This document shows positions 25,808-39,858 of a stretch of DNA of 64,000 nt, piece by piece. This stretch comes from Octopus vulgaris. Lineage: Eukaryota. Where the stretch lies: contig OX597832.1 in assembly GCA_951406725.2 (NCBI GenBank), forward strand, positions 63,302,001 through 63,366,000. Direction: 5' to 3'. The notes under the pieces are model-generated. The model did not search any database. It had not been told where the DNA came from and was given only the letters and a program-made list of their open reading frames with translations. Position 1 is the first letter of the stretch, and every line of letters starts with the position of its first letter. The position numbers were made by a program, and so were the translations under genes.

Positions 25808-26410
25808 ATGTTTCACTTTTGCTTTGTATTTGTACAAGTTGACTCCAAGTCTCACCCAAAAGCCTCCAGAGACAACAAGTTAGAAGTTCATGTTGGTGTT
25901 ATGCCTAGAGTGTCATATATTTGGTTCTGTACATAGTGTTGTTCTATGGAATGTTTAAGAAACCATAAGATTATTACGTTTATTTTAAAACTTGAGATTA
26001 CATAGACAGTATTTTACGTAGGATATGGGCAGTTCCCATGAGCACTATCTTTTGAATTTCTGCCATTTTGGGGTTTCCTGATATCTGAGCTAGGTGGGAA
26101 TCAGCCCGTTTTGCTATCATTCCCAGGGCACCTTTGACAACAGGTATTGTTTTAGTTTTCAGGTTCCACATTTTGCTGATTTCTATTTCAAGATCTTTAT
26201 ACTTGCTCAGTTTTTGGTAGGTCTTGACAGATATGTTTATATTGATTGGGACAGTCATATCAATGAGGAGGCATGATTTTTGTCTGAAGTCTTTCAATAT
26301 GATGCCTGGCCTACTTGCATCTATCTTTCTGTCAGTTTGAATGGTGAAATTCCAGAGGAGTGAGATGCGGTCATTTTCAAGCACTGGAGGTGGTTTGTGA
26401 TCCCACCAGT
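25808..26410 (-). mobile_element. R4/Dong-like non-LTR element, 3' fragment in (TAA)n
   Basis: ORF 25998..26384 LLWNFTIQTDRKIDASRPGIIL..LIDMTVP..KLSKYKDL..IPVVKGALG..GTAHILRKILSM; (TTA)n on both sides. Confidence 0.85.
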
Positions 26411-26774
26411 TTATTATTATTATTATTATTATTTAAGGGTAGAGAAGGAAGTGTTGCCTTCTAGCAAGTTTGTTGAAATGTGGGTGAATGTTGGAAGAAC
26501 GGTCAGTGTGAAAGGACCAATTCTGAGCATACACCTGTGAAAGATAAAAGAAGTGCTCTTGCCTGCGGATTTTGTGGGTTTTTCCATGAGGACCTTTAAA
26601 GCCCCTCCCCTATTGGGAGTTTTACATTAATTTTGTTTTTTTTTGTTTACACAAGGAAAACCCATTGTATCATTTTGTGTTGTCTTTTATGTTGTTGCAT
26701 GTCCTTTAATGTTGTTTTATGTAAACCGTTGTGGCTAATAAATGAATTAACTATAATTATTATTATTATTATTA

Positions 26775-27405
26775 GGGTGGTGAGCTACCAGAATCATTAG
26801 CATATTAGATGAAATGTTTAGTGGTATTCCGGGTTCAAATTCGACTTTGCTTTTCATCCCTTTGGGGGTCAATAAATTAAGTACCAGGGAAACACTGGGG
26901 TCGATGTAATCGACTAGTCCCCTCCCATAAAATTTCAGACCTTATGCCTTTAGTAGAAAGGATTATTATTATTATTATCATTATTAAGGCAGCGAGCTGG
27001 CAGAATTGCTAGCACACCAGGTGAAATGCTTAGCAGTATTTCATCTGTCACTATGTTCTAAGTTCAAATTCCACCGAGGTCGACTTTACCTTTCATCTTT
27101 TTGGGGGTCAATAAATTGAGTACCAGTTATGCACTGAGATCGCTGTAATCGACTGGTCCCTTCCCAACAAATTTCAGGCTTTGTGCCTATAGGAGAAAAG
27201 ATTATCATTATTAAGGTGGTAAGCTGGCAGAATCATTAGCACACCTGGCAAAATGCTGAGCAGCATTTCATCTATCCCTATGTTCTGAGTTCAAATTCTG
27301 CCGAGGTCGACTTTGCCTTTCATGTCCTGGGGTCAGTATAATTGACGATCCCTACCCCCAAATTTCAGTCCTTGTGCCTATAGTAGAAAGGATTATTATT
27401 ATTAT
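26775..27405 (+). mobile_element. head-to-tail array of four tRNA-derived SINEs (MetaSINE-like core, (TTA)n tail)
   Basis: Repeated gagctggcagaat..gagttcaaattc..gtcgactttgcctttcatcc..ggggtc..aagtaccag..gtagaaaggattatt. Many more copies, e.g. 12961, 14410-14618(-), 33658, 38975, 40121, 42890, 47095, 47341, 51098, 54600(-). Confidence 0.85.
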
Positions 27406-27471
27406 TTTTGTTGTTCTTGTTATTTTGTCTATTTACGCTGTCTTCTTCATTCTCTTCTGGTTCCATTGCAG

Positions 27472-27645
27472 TGGATGCTTCAGGAGCTGGTGATGGAGAC
27501 CTAGAAACAGCTGTCACTCATTATGGACGAACACTTCTCACTAAAAGAGAAAATCTTGCAAACAATAATTACCGTTTCTCGTTTGTGCCAGAAGACTCAG
27601 GCCAATATGAAGTTGATGTTCAATTCAATAATGAACAAATTCCAG
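27472..27645 (+). CDS. filamin exon 10 (174 nt)
   Basis: cattgcag|..|gtaaat; VDASGAGDGDLETAVTHYGRTLLTKRENLANNNYRFSFVPEDSGQYEVDVQFNNEQIP. Confidence 0.93.
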
Positions 27646-28358
27646 GTAAATTATTTAAATTTTCTATATTTGGTATCACATATTGGGTATAATGGGAGAT
27701 GGTGTAATATTTGGAAGGTAATGGAAGGGTCTGCCCTTCGCAACATAAGGCAACGGTTTTTCACAGCTATGGAGTAAAACAGCTTTGGCGGTGACAAACA
27801 GATGCACACACACACACACACATATATTTGTACCAGTACCACATTAAAAGCACCCAGGACACACTATAAAGTGATTGGTGCTAGGAAGGGCGTCCAGCCA
27901 TAGAAACCAAGCCAAGTCAGACTGGAACTTGGTGCAGCTCTCCTGCTTGTCAGCTCTGGTCAAACTGTCCAACCCATGACAGCATGGAAAACGGACATTT
28001 AAGGATGATGATGATGATAATGATATAAAACAGGCTTCAACCTAAATTCACTACCAAATTCACTCATGAGGCATCAGTCAGCCTAGGGTTATAGTAGAAG
28101 GCACTTACCCAAAGTACTATGGATTGGGATTGAACCTGAAACCACATGGTCAGGAAGCAAGCTTCTTAATCACATGACCATGCATGCACCTCATATTTAG
28201 TAGTGGCTGGTGACTACCATAACTCAGGTTTAATTCCATTTTAAAGATATTTCATTTCATTTAACACCGAGAGCCTTTAGGAAGAGCAACACCATCGCTT
28301 CTGTTTGTTTCTGTTTCTTTGCTTTTACGTCCCCATAATTTTAAGAATTAAGAAATAA

Positions 28359-28718
28359 TACAGTTCTATATTTAAGAGATGAGGAATTATGTACATTATT
28401 TACATTTGACAGATATTTGTCCTCATCTTGTTTGTTGTTAACACAATGTTTCTGCTGATATACTCTCCAGTCTTTGTCAGGTGTCATGAGATATAGCATA
28501 GTGGTTAAAAGTGCTGGCTACTAACCCTAAGATTCCGAGTTTGATTCCAAGCAGTGATCTTAATAATAATAATAATATCGAAAAATACCTAAGGAACGAG
28601 AACCCAGGTTCAAAATTTTCCCAAGATACCTGATGAAGGCTGGAGGGTATATCAGCCAAAACATTGTGTTAACAACAAACAAGATGAGACAAATATCCGT
28701 CAAATGTAAATAATGTAA
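28359..28718 (+). mobile_element. tRNA-head plus hammerhead Penelope-derived short element, copy 2
   Basis: Inverted 3' end (28359-28490), then tRNA-like head, (TAA)n and hammerhead motif at 28625-28670. Confidence 0.8.
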
Positions 28719-29554
28719 AGAAATAATCTTTTAACCCTCTAGCAGTCAGATTACTGTCAAATATAAGGCTTATTTATTCATATTGTTCTGAATTAATCAT
28801 GCATTATCTCGTAATTTTCAAGATTTCAATGATGTGATTGTTTTTGCTTAGAATGACTTTGTAGGGTAGGTGTGAGAAGCTGAATCTGGTCAGTCTGAAC
28901 ATAAAAGAACTAGAATGTTTGCACCAGAAATGACTGGTTTAAATGCTAATCCTATTGCTTAGGCTTACCGCTCATCTTTGTGTATTGTAGTCAAGGGTGA
29001 TCAAGGCCAGGACATCTTTGATTGTAAAGTCTGTTTGACCAATGCTAACTTAAGAACAAAACATCAACAGCATACCCCATCACACACACATCTAAAAAAT
29101 ATGTTTAAAAAAACAAAGTTGGTTGTTCACAATTCTTTTTAAACTCCGTCATTATAACCAACAAACTAAAATGAAAAAAAAACCATCATCATTTAGCGTC
29201 CATCTTCCATGTTGGTATGGATTGGATGGTTTGACAGGATCCAACTGGTCTGAGGACTGTGGTGAACTCAAATGTCAGCAAGGTTTCTATGGCTGGATTC
29301 ACTTTACAGACCGTACTGAGTGCTTTTATGTGTCACCAGCACTAGTGAGGTCACCGAGTCGGTTCCAAAACAAGATTCTTCGATTGAGGTGGTGGGGTAG
29401 AGGTTGTAGTATTGAGGGGCAATGGCTTATGCCATGTGTTGAGAGGTTAAAGTATGACAGAAGGACAGGAACAGGTGTTTCATTGTAGTGAAATTCCATG
29501 GCCACCCCAGCTGGTGGTGAAACTCCAAGATAACTATTTCCTTATCTCTTTCAG

Positions 29555-29713
29555 GTTGTCCAGTCATTGTAATGGTTGAAGACGAAATGCCAACCTTCAT
29601 CACCATAAATTTCCGTGGAATTCGGATGATAAACGCCATGGACCTCAACTGGTTCCTTATAGAACTGAATGGAGAGAAAATTGACATGAGCCTTTTACAG
29701 ATATTAATTCGAG
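29555..29713 (+). CDS. filamin exon 11 (159 nt; weak donor, read-through gives a stop at 29716-29718)
   Basis: ctctttcag|..GAG|gttgac; GCPVIVMVEDEMPTFITINFRGIRMINAMDLNWFLIELNGEKIDMSLLQILIR; occupies the same cassette position as exons 4 and 8. Confidence 0.82.
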
Positions 29714-30370
29714 GTTGACCACTGACCATTGCACAAAAAAAAAACTACCACGCTTTGCTTCGATTGCTGGAAATGGCTGCACATTTTCATTATTTTTTTT
29801 TATTGGTTTATTTTTTCCATATTTTTTTCTGGGTCTTTATTCTTTTTGTTCGTTTTATTATTTTGTTTATATTTTTATATATCTTATTTTATTTTCAACA
29901 GTCTAGAAATGGTCCATCAATAGGAGCTTTGTGTACTTTCAGGAATATAAAAATTTTTTGTTCTAGATGTGTATATGTTTGCATATATATATATATACAC
30001 ACACATACACACATCATATATGTGAATAAGATCAATAAGATCATACTGCTTGCTTTTAAATTATTAACCAAATCATACCAGGTGTTTTGTCATGCAAACA
30101 AAGATTATCTAAGGCATAAAGAAAGGTGATGGGAAGAATTTGGGTTTTTTTCATTTTTTTTTTGTTCCCACCTTTTTTTCATATTTGTTCACTCTTACCA
30201 TTTATTTCATCCCTTAATTTTATTCAGTTTATCATTCACGTTGCACTTTATTCTTTTTTTAAACCTTTAAAGCCGAAACTTTAGGCTTGAATTTTATCTA
30301 TTTCATTATTAAATGTATTTGTGGATTTGTTTTATTCAGTACAGTGACTTCTTCAACATATATTCCTTTC

Positions 30371-30491
<121 letters not shown>

Positions 30492-30788
30492 CAATATGTT
30501 GCCAGAAAATGAGGTTAGTTGCTTACTTCCTGAAATATAGTCAGTCTGTTACATATTATCATGGCTTATTTACCAATTAGGTATTTTTATGGTTTGATGG
30601 AAATATCTAATTCGCCTTAAATTTTTCATATTCCCACATGAAAGCCAAAAAATCCCCCTGTTTTATTTTTCATAGGAGCAGGGTTTTCATAGTTGTTTGT
30701 TCATAAAATGCCTAACAACAATTAAGGGTTTGAAAATTATTATTTGCAAATCTCACAATGAGAGATATTCAGCGACAGTACTTTGTAT

Positions 30789-31130
30789 TAAAGATTTTTG
30801 CCAACATAACATGGCAGTCTTGGTTCAGGACGAATGTTGCTGTAATTTAGCCCCAGGAAATATTGTTCCAGCTGGCTATACGACACAGTTTGTGTCCTTA
30901 TAATTTCGAACAAGAAATCTAGCATGCCCACTCAGCTCAAAACAATATCTGTGTATCATGATGAAAGGAAATAACCCCGAAATTGCATTACACAGATATT
31001 GTTTTGAGCTGAGTTATAAGGACACAGATTATGTTGTATAGCCAGCTGGAGACGATGTCTCCCGGGGCTAAATTACAGCAACATTCGTCCTAAACCAGGA
31101 CTGGCTTGTTCTGTTGGCAAATAATCTTTA
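30789..31130. mobile_element. long palindromic MITE-like foldback
   Basis: About 140-bp arms (taaagatttttgccaac..ggacgaatgttgctgtaatttagcccc..ctcagctcaaaacaatatctgtgta and its reverse complement); TA at both ends. Confidence 0.85.
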
Positions 31131-31548
31131 CTCCATTAAGAGATAGGCTTTTAGAGATTCAAACTCCCATGTTTCCATACAATGTCTGACAACGATTAAA
31201 AGACAGGCTTAGAGAATGTTGAGCAATGACCAAAAGAGTACAATGGCAAATACAAGCAGCCAAAATAGAGTTCCTCTGAAAGATCTCTGAAGTAATGTTA
31301 TTTAACAGGGTGCATAGCTCAGGTATCAGGAAGATTCTCCCAATGGTGCTGCTACTTCTCTTCTTTGTAAAATTAATGGATGATAATGATGTATTATAAA
31401 TAACAGGGTTTATATTTTAATTGTTTTACATAATGTCTTTAACTTTTTAAAAGTTCCTGGCTTGGTTACTAAAGATTTTAACAAATGAAACTTTGTTTGC
31501 TGTGTAAACTAAACTTATATTAATCTACCTGTGAACCATACAGAGTTC

Positions 31549-31554
31549 AATAAA
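31549..31554 (+). promoter_or_regulatory. candidate intronic polyadenylation signal
   Basis: AATAAA followed by a U/GU-rich tract (cttgttttgtttttttt), about 1.8 kb after the read-through stop of exon 11. Confidence 0.3.
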
Positions 31555-33089
31555 CTTGTTTTGTTTTTTTTAACTCTGGTTTCTCTAACATTAAACAAAT
31601 GAAAATGATTCTCCATTCTTCCCTGGAAGCATGGAGAATCTTCGTCTCAAATGATGGAGTTTATGATGACACGCCCTGCCTAGCAACCATCAATGCATGA
31701 CACACTGCAGATTCCATTGAACTCTTCCACTCATATGTAAAAATATGAAGAAACAGATTCAACTTAATAGAAACATATAGATCTGTGGGTTGCACCAAGT
31801 CTTTTGCAATAGCATAGCTAGTGGGGCAGGGGGAATAAGCGGGTGTGGTCTGCTCCAGGTGACACTTTTATGAGCACTTTTGGGTCTGCTATATAAAGGC
31901 TGTCTAGATTTTGGTACCCCAGGGTGGAGGGCAACATATAGAAGGGCTGCTCCTGGCAACACACTCTCTAGCTACACCATTGGTTATTTGGCCATAGCAT
32001 TACTGGTTATTTGACCATAGCATTACACACATATTGGGGAATATAAAAAGAGCAGAGGATTCAAATCTAAAACCCAACTTGGTCTTTAATTCCTTCCATC
32101 TAAATTTACATCTCATAATTAAAAGCAAAAACATTTAGAAAATTTATTTAAGATGTACTTTTGTTTATAAGCTGATAATTTTTCAAACCATTAGCCTTGT
32201 CTTAGCACTTTGGATACTAAACTGCCTCAGACCACTTGAGGTTCAGTGGTGGAAATTAAAATTTTTTCAAAGGGGACTAAATGAAAACCTTTTGTCAAAA
32301 TTTCATTTTAATTCATGTTCTGAACACCAGCTTAATAATGACAGTACTTTAATAAATTCTCTTTTATTTTCAAAATTACTTGAAACAAAGGCAGTGGATT
32401 TCATTAGAAATATGAAAACAAAAGTCTTGAAGTGATCTAAATAGAAAGATTCCCTCAACATTTCATGTTAATATTTCAAACACCAGCTTACAAATCCATT
32501 GAAACAAAGGCAAAAATATGATATCTGAAGGATTAAGCGATTAAATTTTTTAATATTTACATCTGCACAATATTTCAAGTGGTTTGAGCACAGGGGAGAA
32601 GGGATCAAACCAAATCAAACACAGTGTAGTTGTATATATTTAATATTGTTCTGTCTCTAAAGATGCAGTTAATATTTCAAAAGATTATAATCTAATGTTT
32701 ATCATATTTTTATGGGGAAAATCTCATGAAGCCCTTCGTTATTTTCCTTCAACTAACATTGAACTAATGTTGCTCCTGTTACTTCTCCAAACTATTCTGT
32801 TCTGATTATAATATTTATTTTACTGATAATATTGATAATACTCAAAGGTTTGAAGCAATTAAACCAACATCTATCCTCCTTGCTGGCTCTCTTTATTTTA
32901 AGCTTTATTTCTCTTCACTTTAAATCAGGTGTTGTACTAAATACATGCCTACCTACATACATACATACATACACATACATACGTGCATACCTATCTACCT
33001 ACATTCCAATGAAGGAGCCTTGGATCTAGGTTAGAAACCAGCTCTTTCTCTATTGGCAAGAAATCTTGTAATAAAACTGAACAATGACA

Positions 33090-33410
33090 CGCACACACAC
33101 ACATACATGCAAACATACATATATACATACATACACAGATGCACACACACTCACAGACACACACTCACAAACACACACTCACAGACACACACTCACAGAC
33201 ACACACTCACAGACACACACTCACACAGACACACACTCACACAGACACACACTCACACTCACACAGACACACACTCACACAGACACACACTCACACAGAC
33301 ACACACTCACACAGACACACACACACACAGGCACACATTCACGCAGGCACATACACAGATACACTCACACACATACACATACATACATATATGTCATTTT
33401 TACATACATG
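33090..33410. repeat. compound CA-rich microsatellite (CACACACTCACAGA)n
   Basis: Direct reading. Confidence 0.9.
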
Positions 33411-33609
33411 CACATAGGTGTGTATAAATTAATGGTGTTTAAGTGTTTGCTTCGATATTATAATGTACTATAAATCCTAGATGTGTGTGTGTAAACTCTG
33501 TAAATCTAATTGGTTCTAATTTTTTCATTTTATTTACCCAGTTATGTCCTTTGTAGATTAAAATAACAAAATAATGGAAAACAAATACTATGCTAAGAAT
33601 ACCTAAATA

Positions 33610-33656
<47 letters not shown>

Positions 33657-34224
33657 AGGCAGTGAGCTGGCAGAACCGTTAGGATGCCAGGCAAAATGCT
33701 TAGCAGCATTTTGTCTGTTGCTGCATTCTGAGTTCAAATTCTGCTAAGGTCGACTTTGATTTCATACTTTCAGGGTCAATAAATTAAGTACCAGTGAAAC
33801 ACTGGGGTCAATGTAATTGTCTAATCACCCTCCTGCAAAATTTCAGGCCTTGTGCTTTTAGCAGAAAGGACTATCATTATTATTATTAGTATTATTATTC
33901 AACTTACAATAACGATTTTTTCTGCAATATATGGATAGTTTATCCTGTTCATACTATTGTATTAGCATTATCATGCATTTGAGAATAAATTATTTCTGTA
34001 TTATTATTATTAAGGTGGTGAGCTGGCTCACTTGTTAGTGCATTAGAATAAGGACTTTGCAGTATTTCATATCGCTATTCATGAGTTCAAATCCCACTAC
34101 AATTTTACCTTTCACCCTTTTGAGATTGATAAAATAAATACCAGTTAAGCACTGGAGGCAATGTATTCAACTAATAGCCTGTCTCTAAAATTGCTGGCCT
34201 TAAATCAAAATTTGAAATTATATA

Positions 34225-34505
34225 CAGTGGAACCTGTTTCTGAATGTCTCTCATCATGAAAAAATTGGTTTCTGAACAATTTTTTAAACATGAAATATCT
34301 CGGGTGACAAATGGTGGCTCGAGTAAGGAACATGCAAGTTGGCAACAACAGTTACCATCTGGCTTTCAGTCAGCACACATTCTTGATAGAATTTGCTATT
34401 TCTTCTCTTAAATTTCCTATGGGAAAAATAGTCTTAGTTTATGAACATTTCAGACAACAAACAGCCTCCAGGAATGAATTAAATTTAGAAACTGAGGTTC
34501 CATTG
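34225..34505. mobile_element. Tigger/pogo-type MITE
   Basis: TA-CAGTGGAACCT...AGGTTCCATTG-TA termini. Confidence 0.7.
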
Positions 34506-34742
34506 TATTTGAAATAGTGGGTTGACAGAATTACAGGCAAGTTGGACTAAATGCTCAGCAGCATTCCTTCCAGTTCTTTATGTTTTGAGTTCAAATTCCA
34601 CCAAAGTCAATTTCCCCTTTCATCCATTTGAAGTCAACAAAATAAATCTCTGTTGAGCAATGGGATTGTTGCAATTAACTTCCATTTCTGTGAAAATTGC
34701 TGGCCTTGTGTCCAAATTTGACACCATCATTATTATTATTAT

Positions 34743-34789
<47 letters not shown>

Positions 34790-34799
34790 AGGCAATGAG

Positions 34800-35132
34800 T
34801 TGGCGTGGCTGTGTGGTAAGAAGCTTGCTTCTGAACCACATGGTTCTGGGTCCAGTTCTACTGTGTGGCACCTTGGGCAAGTATCTTCTCTAGCCTCAGG
34901 CCTACCAAAGCCTTGTGAGTGGATTTGACAGATGGAAACTGAAAGAAGCCTGTCACACACACATATATATATATATATTTATGTATCTGTGGGTGCCTTT
35001 ATGTTAGTGTTTGTCCCTCCACCATCGCTTGACAACCAATGTTGGTTTGTTTATGTCCCTGAAATTTAGCAACCCAGACCAAAAGAATAAGTACTCGGCT
35101 TACAAAGAATAAGTCCTGGGGGGTTGATTTCT
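34800..35132 (+). mobile_element. tRNA-derived CORE-like SINE
   Basis: ggctgtgtggtaagaagcttgcttc..ccttgggcaagt..ggaaactgaaagaagcc..gaataagtact. Other copies at 2644-2935, 36752-37144, 37760-38135, 40985-41405(-), 46560-46925. Confidence 0.8.
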
Positions 35133-36910
35133 TCAATGAACGACAATGCTCCAGCATAGCCGGAGTCAAATGACTGAAACATGTAAAAGAATATACTGGA
35201 AAATGTGTTGCTAAGCAATTATAGATGACAACCTAAAGTTCCTAATTATATGTTAATGTATATTCCTGTCGTGACTATAGACTGGGCAGAATCGGTTGAG
35301 CATCAAAGAAAATTTCTTGTGACTTTTTATAATCCCAGTTCAAATTCCATTGGGATCAACTTTTCCTTTCATCGTTTTGGGGGTCTATAAAAGACAGTGC
35401 CCATCTAGGGTTGATGGAATCAATTAAACCCCTTTTTTTGAAATTGCTGGTTCTGTACCAAACTTTGAGCCAATTATTATATTTTTGATTTTGTACTAAA
35501 AATAAGAATCACTTAACCATTCTCTCTTCTCACACATTATTAAAAACATTATTTTATTAATGCACAAAAACACCTCGCTTTTTGCAGAGCACTCTTAACG
35601 TTTTTACTAACCACATTGAAGAGGGTGAAAAACAAAGGGAAATAATCCATTGTTTTCTGTTTGGTATTTTATTTTTCTGTGAGCATTTTTTTTTATGATG
35701 TCTGTCAGTTTTGGTTGTGTTTATTTTCTCATAAACTATTATATGTATTGTAGGATTATTGCTAAGTTGTAAACACTTTTGTTATGTATTTAACAAATTC
35801 CAAAATAGTTATGTCATAGCAACAAGAAAAACAGCTGCTCTTTTACACAAATGCATATACACACACAAATGTATATGTATATGCATAAAATATTGATATA
35901 AATATACATACATGTAAATTGCATATATATATACACACACACACACAGAGTATATATATATCATAATAGCCTAATTGTTTTTATGGTTGGTTTCTTTCAT
36001 ACACACAATATATATAGTGTTTCATATAATTATATATGTGTATTTGTATAAATGATATATTTTTTTAGAATTTTACAAGTCTTGTAACTTTTGTTACTAA
36101 ACTGTTTAAAAAATCTGCTGCTGGCAAACTGAAGGTGTGAGCAGTTCAATTTCTATCACCAGCACTGCACAGTAGCCACAATCTCAGGCCTAATTTTCAA
36201 ATGGCCCCAGCTCACTTAGCTGTTATAAGGAACCAACCATTATACGGCTCACTGCTCTCAATTACCAGGAGCACTGTATCATTAACAATCATATTATTAG
36301 CTTGCAAAACTGAGTGCCAATCCACCCATGACTCTCAGTTCAAAGAGCGAAGGACTCTTCTAAGCTAACTCACCATTGATGCAGACTCACCAAATAACAA
36401 CAAAAATCTTTAAGAATTAGTCTTGCAGACATTTACTTACACAACTTTGCATTATAAATGGTGTTGCTGTTGTTGTAGTTTAGCACCAGGTCAACCCTGA
36501 GTTACCAAATTTATGCCAAAGGCATTCCACTTGTGACAGCCCCTACTTTTACAGCATATCTAGGTGTACATTATTAAATGTGTTCTTTCCTTCCTTTAAA
36601 AGTATAGGATACAGTTTGAGGGAGATATAGCTGTTATTGTTAGTAGTTCAGATGGCTACAGAAGGACTCCCTGGTTGGGTCACTCTCAGTAAATCATTTT
36701 CTCTGGTGATTTCTGGTCATAGAATATTTTATGAGATACAATTATACATAGGTGCAGGCATGGCTGTGTGGTAAGAGGTTTGCTTCCTGGCCACATGGTT
36801 CCAGGTTCAGTCCCACTTCATGGCACCTTGGGCAAATGTCTTCTATTATAGCCTTGGGTTGACCAAAGCCTTTTGAGTGGCTTTGATAGATGGAAACTGA
36901 AAGAAACCTA

Positions 36911-36945
<35 letters not shown>

Positions 36946-37484
36946 TGTGTTCCCTCATCACAACTTGACAACTGGTGTTAATGTGTTTATGTCCCCATAT
37001 CTTAGCAGTTTGGCAAAAGGGACTGATAGAATAAATACAAGGATTAAAAAAAAAAAATTTGGGGGTCCAGTCATTCAACAAAAACTCTTTAAGGTGGTGC
37101 TCCATCATGGTCACAATCTGATGAGTGAAACAAGTAAAAATAAGAGTTACTCATGGCCAGATCATGTTTTAACAACAGCTTAAATTTCTGAAGTGGTTTC
37201 TGTTGATTCATTGAAAACTTCATAAAAAGCTGGTTAAATTCTGGTGACCCGTTTTTTTCTTTGTTTTTTCCTCAAATCCAAATCTTCTTGACACACATTC
37301 AAACTCTCATGATCAAAAATTCTAAACATCTTGACCCAGATTCACATCTGCATTGCTGCTAATGCAGCTTGCTTTAATCTATCCAGTTCATTACATACAG
37401 CCTGTTAATTAAGCTGTAATTAATAGTATGTTTAGTTTTTGGATTTGGTTTGCAAGATTCTTCATGTGAGTTCGTGTGTTGAAT

Positions 37485-37740
37485 CATATTCTGTTGTGTC
37501 TGGGGAGAGTCATTTTCTTTTTGTGCCTTATAATTTAACACACTCACCAGTAAAATTTCCACTTATTTCTTATTTATATTTTCCTAGAAATTTTCATTGC
37601 GTCTTTGAAAAGGTTGCAAGATACAACGAAAATTTTTGGGAAAATAAAAATAAGAAATAAGTGGAAAATTTACCAGTGAGTGTGTTACATTATAAGGCAC
37701 AAAAAGAAATGACTCTCCCCAGACACAACATAATAGTATG
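37485..37740. mobile_element. palindromic MITE-like foldback
   Basis: About 120-bp near-perfect arms (tgttgtgtctggggagagtcatt..ccttataat.taacacactcac..ttccacttatttc and its reverse complement) with a short loop. Confidence 0.85.
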
Positions 37741-38699
37741 TTGCTTTATAGGCAGACACTGGCTGTGTAGTAAGAAGTTTGATTCCAAACCACTTGCTTC
37801 CAGGTTCAGTCCCACTGCATGGCATTTTGGGAAAGTGTCATCTCCTACACCCCCAGGCCAACCAAAGCCTTGTGAGTGGATTTGGTTGACAGAAACTGAA
37901 AGAAGCCATAGTGTGAATGTGTGTGTGTGTTTTCTTATCATCCATCATTTGACAACCAGGGAATTGTAGGTATCTTCATGATTGTTCTCACACCCACTTA
38001 CCAACTGGTGTTGGTTTAGTTTTGTCCCTATAATTTAGCAGTCCTCAAAAAGTGATCAATAGAATAAGTACCAAATTTATTCAACTAAATTCTTCAAGGC
38101 AGTGCCCTAGCATGGCCACATGAAACAAGTAAAACATAAATAAAAGACATATTTTAGCTATGTTTATTTCACTTGATGGTTATTTCTTTCAAAGAAACCT
38201 TAAGACCATAAGCTTTCAAAGTTGTGGCATTTCCAATTTTCAAGAATTAGAAATATTCTGTCCTGACATTCACAACAAAAAAGAACATAGAACGTTAGTA
38301 GTGAGTTGGTTTTAAAGTTGGATGACTCTAAGAATGGTCAGATGGTTTCCGAGTTTAGATTTCTTAATTTATTGAAAGAATTCTGGAAAGTAAATTCATT
38401 CAAATATGGTCTTAACTTCAGTATTTTTCTGACTCTGCTATATCTGACTCTCTGTCTACAGCTGTCTCTAATATTTGATTCAATAATCTCTCTCTATCTC
38501 TCTCTCTCTCTCTTAATCTATATCTGACTCCAACACACACATTACACAAAATTGTTGACAGGTTAAACATAATAAAGTTCTCAAAATCGTTAAAAAAATA
38601 TAACATTTTTTCCTATAAATTTAATTCTCAATGATTAATATTACCTAATAATATTAACTAACATTCATTATTTTAAATTCTTTTAATTCAATTGAACAG

Positions 38700-38783
38700 C
38701 TCCCAATGGTGAATCAATACCAGCAAAGCTAATTCCACAACATGATGGAGACTATAAGGTGGAATGGACACCAACTGTTGCAG
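38700..38783 (+). CDS. filamin exon 12 (84 nt)
   Basis: tgaacag|..|gtgaga; APNGESIPAKLIPQHDGDYKVEWTPTVA. Confidence 0.92.
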
Positions 38784-38823
38784 GTGAGACATTTTCTTCT
38801 CTCATTTCTTTTGCTTCCAGTTT

Positions 38824-38973
38824 ATCATCATCATCATCATCATCATCATCACCATCACCACCACCACCATCACCACCACCACCACCACCACCACCACCAC
38901 CACCACCACCACCACCATCACCACCACCATCACCACCACCATCACCACCATCATCATCATCATCATCATCATC
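38824..38973. repeat. (CAT)n/(CAC)n compound microsatellite
   Basis: Direct reading. Confidence 0.95.
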
Positions 38974-39408
38974 AAGGTGGCAAGATGGCAGAATCATTAG
39001 CACATTGGGTGAAATGCTTAGCATTATTTCATCTGCCGCTACGTTCTGAGTTCAAATTCCGCCAAGGTCAACTTTGCCTTTTATCCTTTTGGGGTCAATT
39101 AATTAAGTAGCAGTTTCATACTGTGGTCGATCTAATCAAGTGGTCCTCTCCCTACCCCCACAAATTACAAGCTTTCTGCCTACACTAGAAAGGATTATTA
39201 TTATTATTATTATTATTATTATGCCAAGCAAAATGCTTAGCATCATTTCATCCATCACTATGTTCTGAATTCAAATACCACTGGGGTTGACTTTGTCTTT
39301 CATCCTTTCAGGGTCGATTAAAAAAAAAGTACCATATGCAGACTAGGATGAATGTAATTTACTTAGCCCCACCCCCAAACATGCTAGCTTTGTGCGAAAA
39401 TTTGAAAC

Positions 39409-39441
<33 letters not shown>

Positions 39442-39494
39442 CATTATTATTATCATTATTATTATCATTATTATTATTATTATCATTATTATTA

Positions 39495-39537
<43 letters not shown>

Positions 39538-39539
39538 CA

Positions 39540-39570
<31 letters not shown>

Positions 39571-39689
39571 TATTATCATTATTATTATCATTATTATCAT
39601 TATTATTATCATTATTATTATCATTATTATTATTATTATCATTATTATTATTATTATTATCATTATTATTATTATTATTATTATTATCA

Positions 39690-39720
<31 letters not shown>

Positions 39721-39827
39721 TATTATCATTATTATTATCATTATTATTATTATCATTATTATTATCATTATTATTATCATTATTATTATTATTATCATTA
39801 TTATTATCATTATTATTATTATTATTA

Positions 39828-39858
<31 letters not shown>

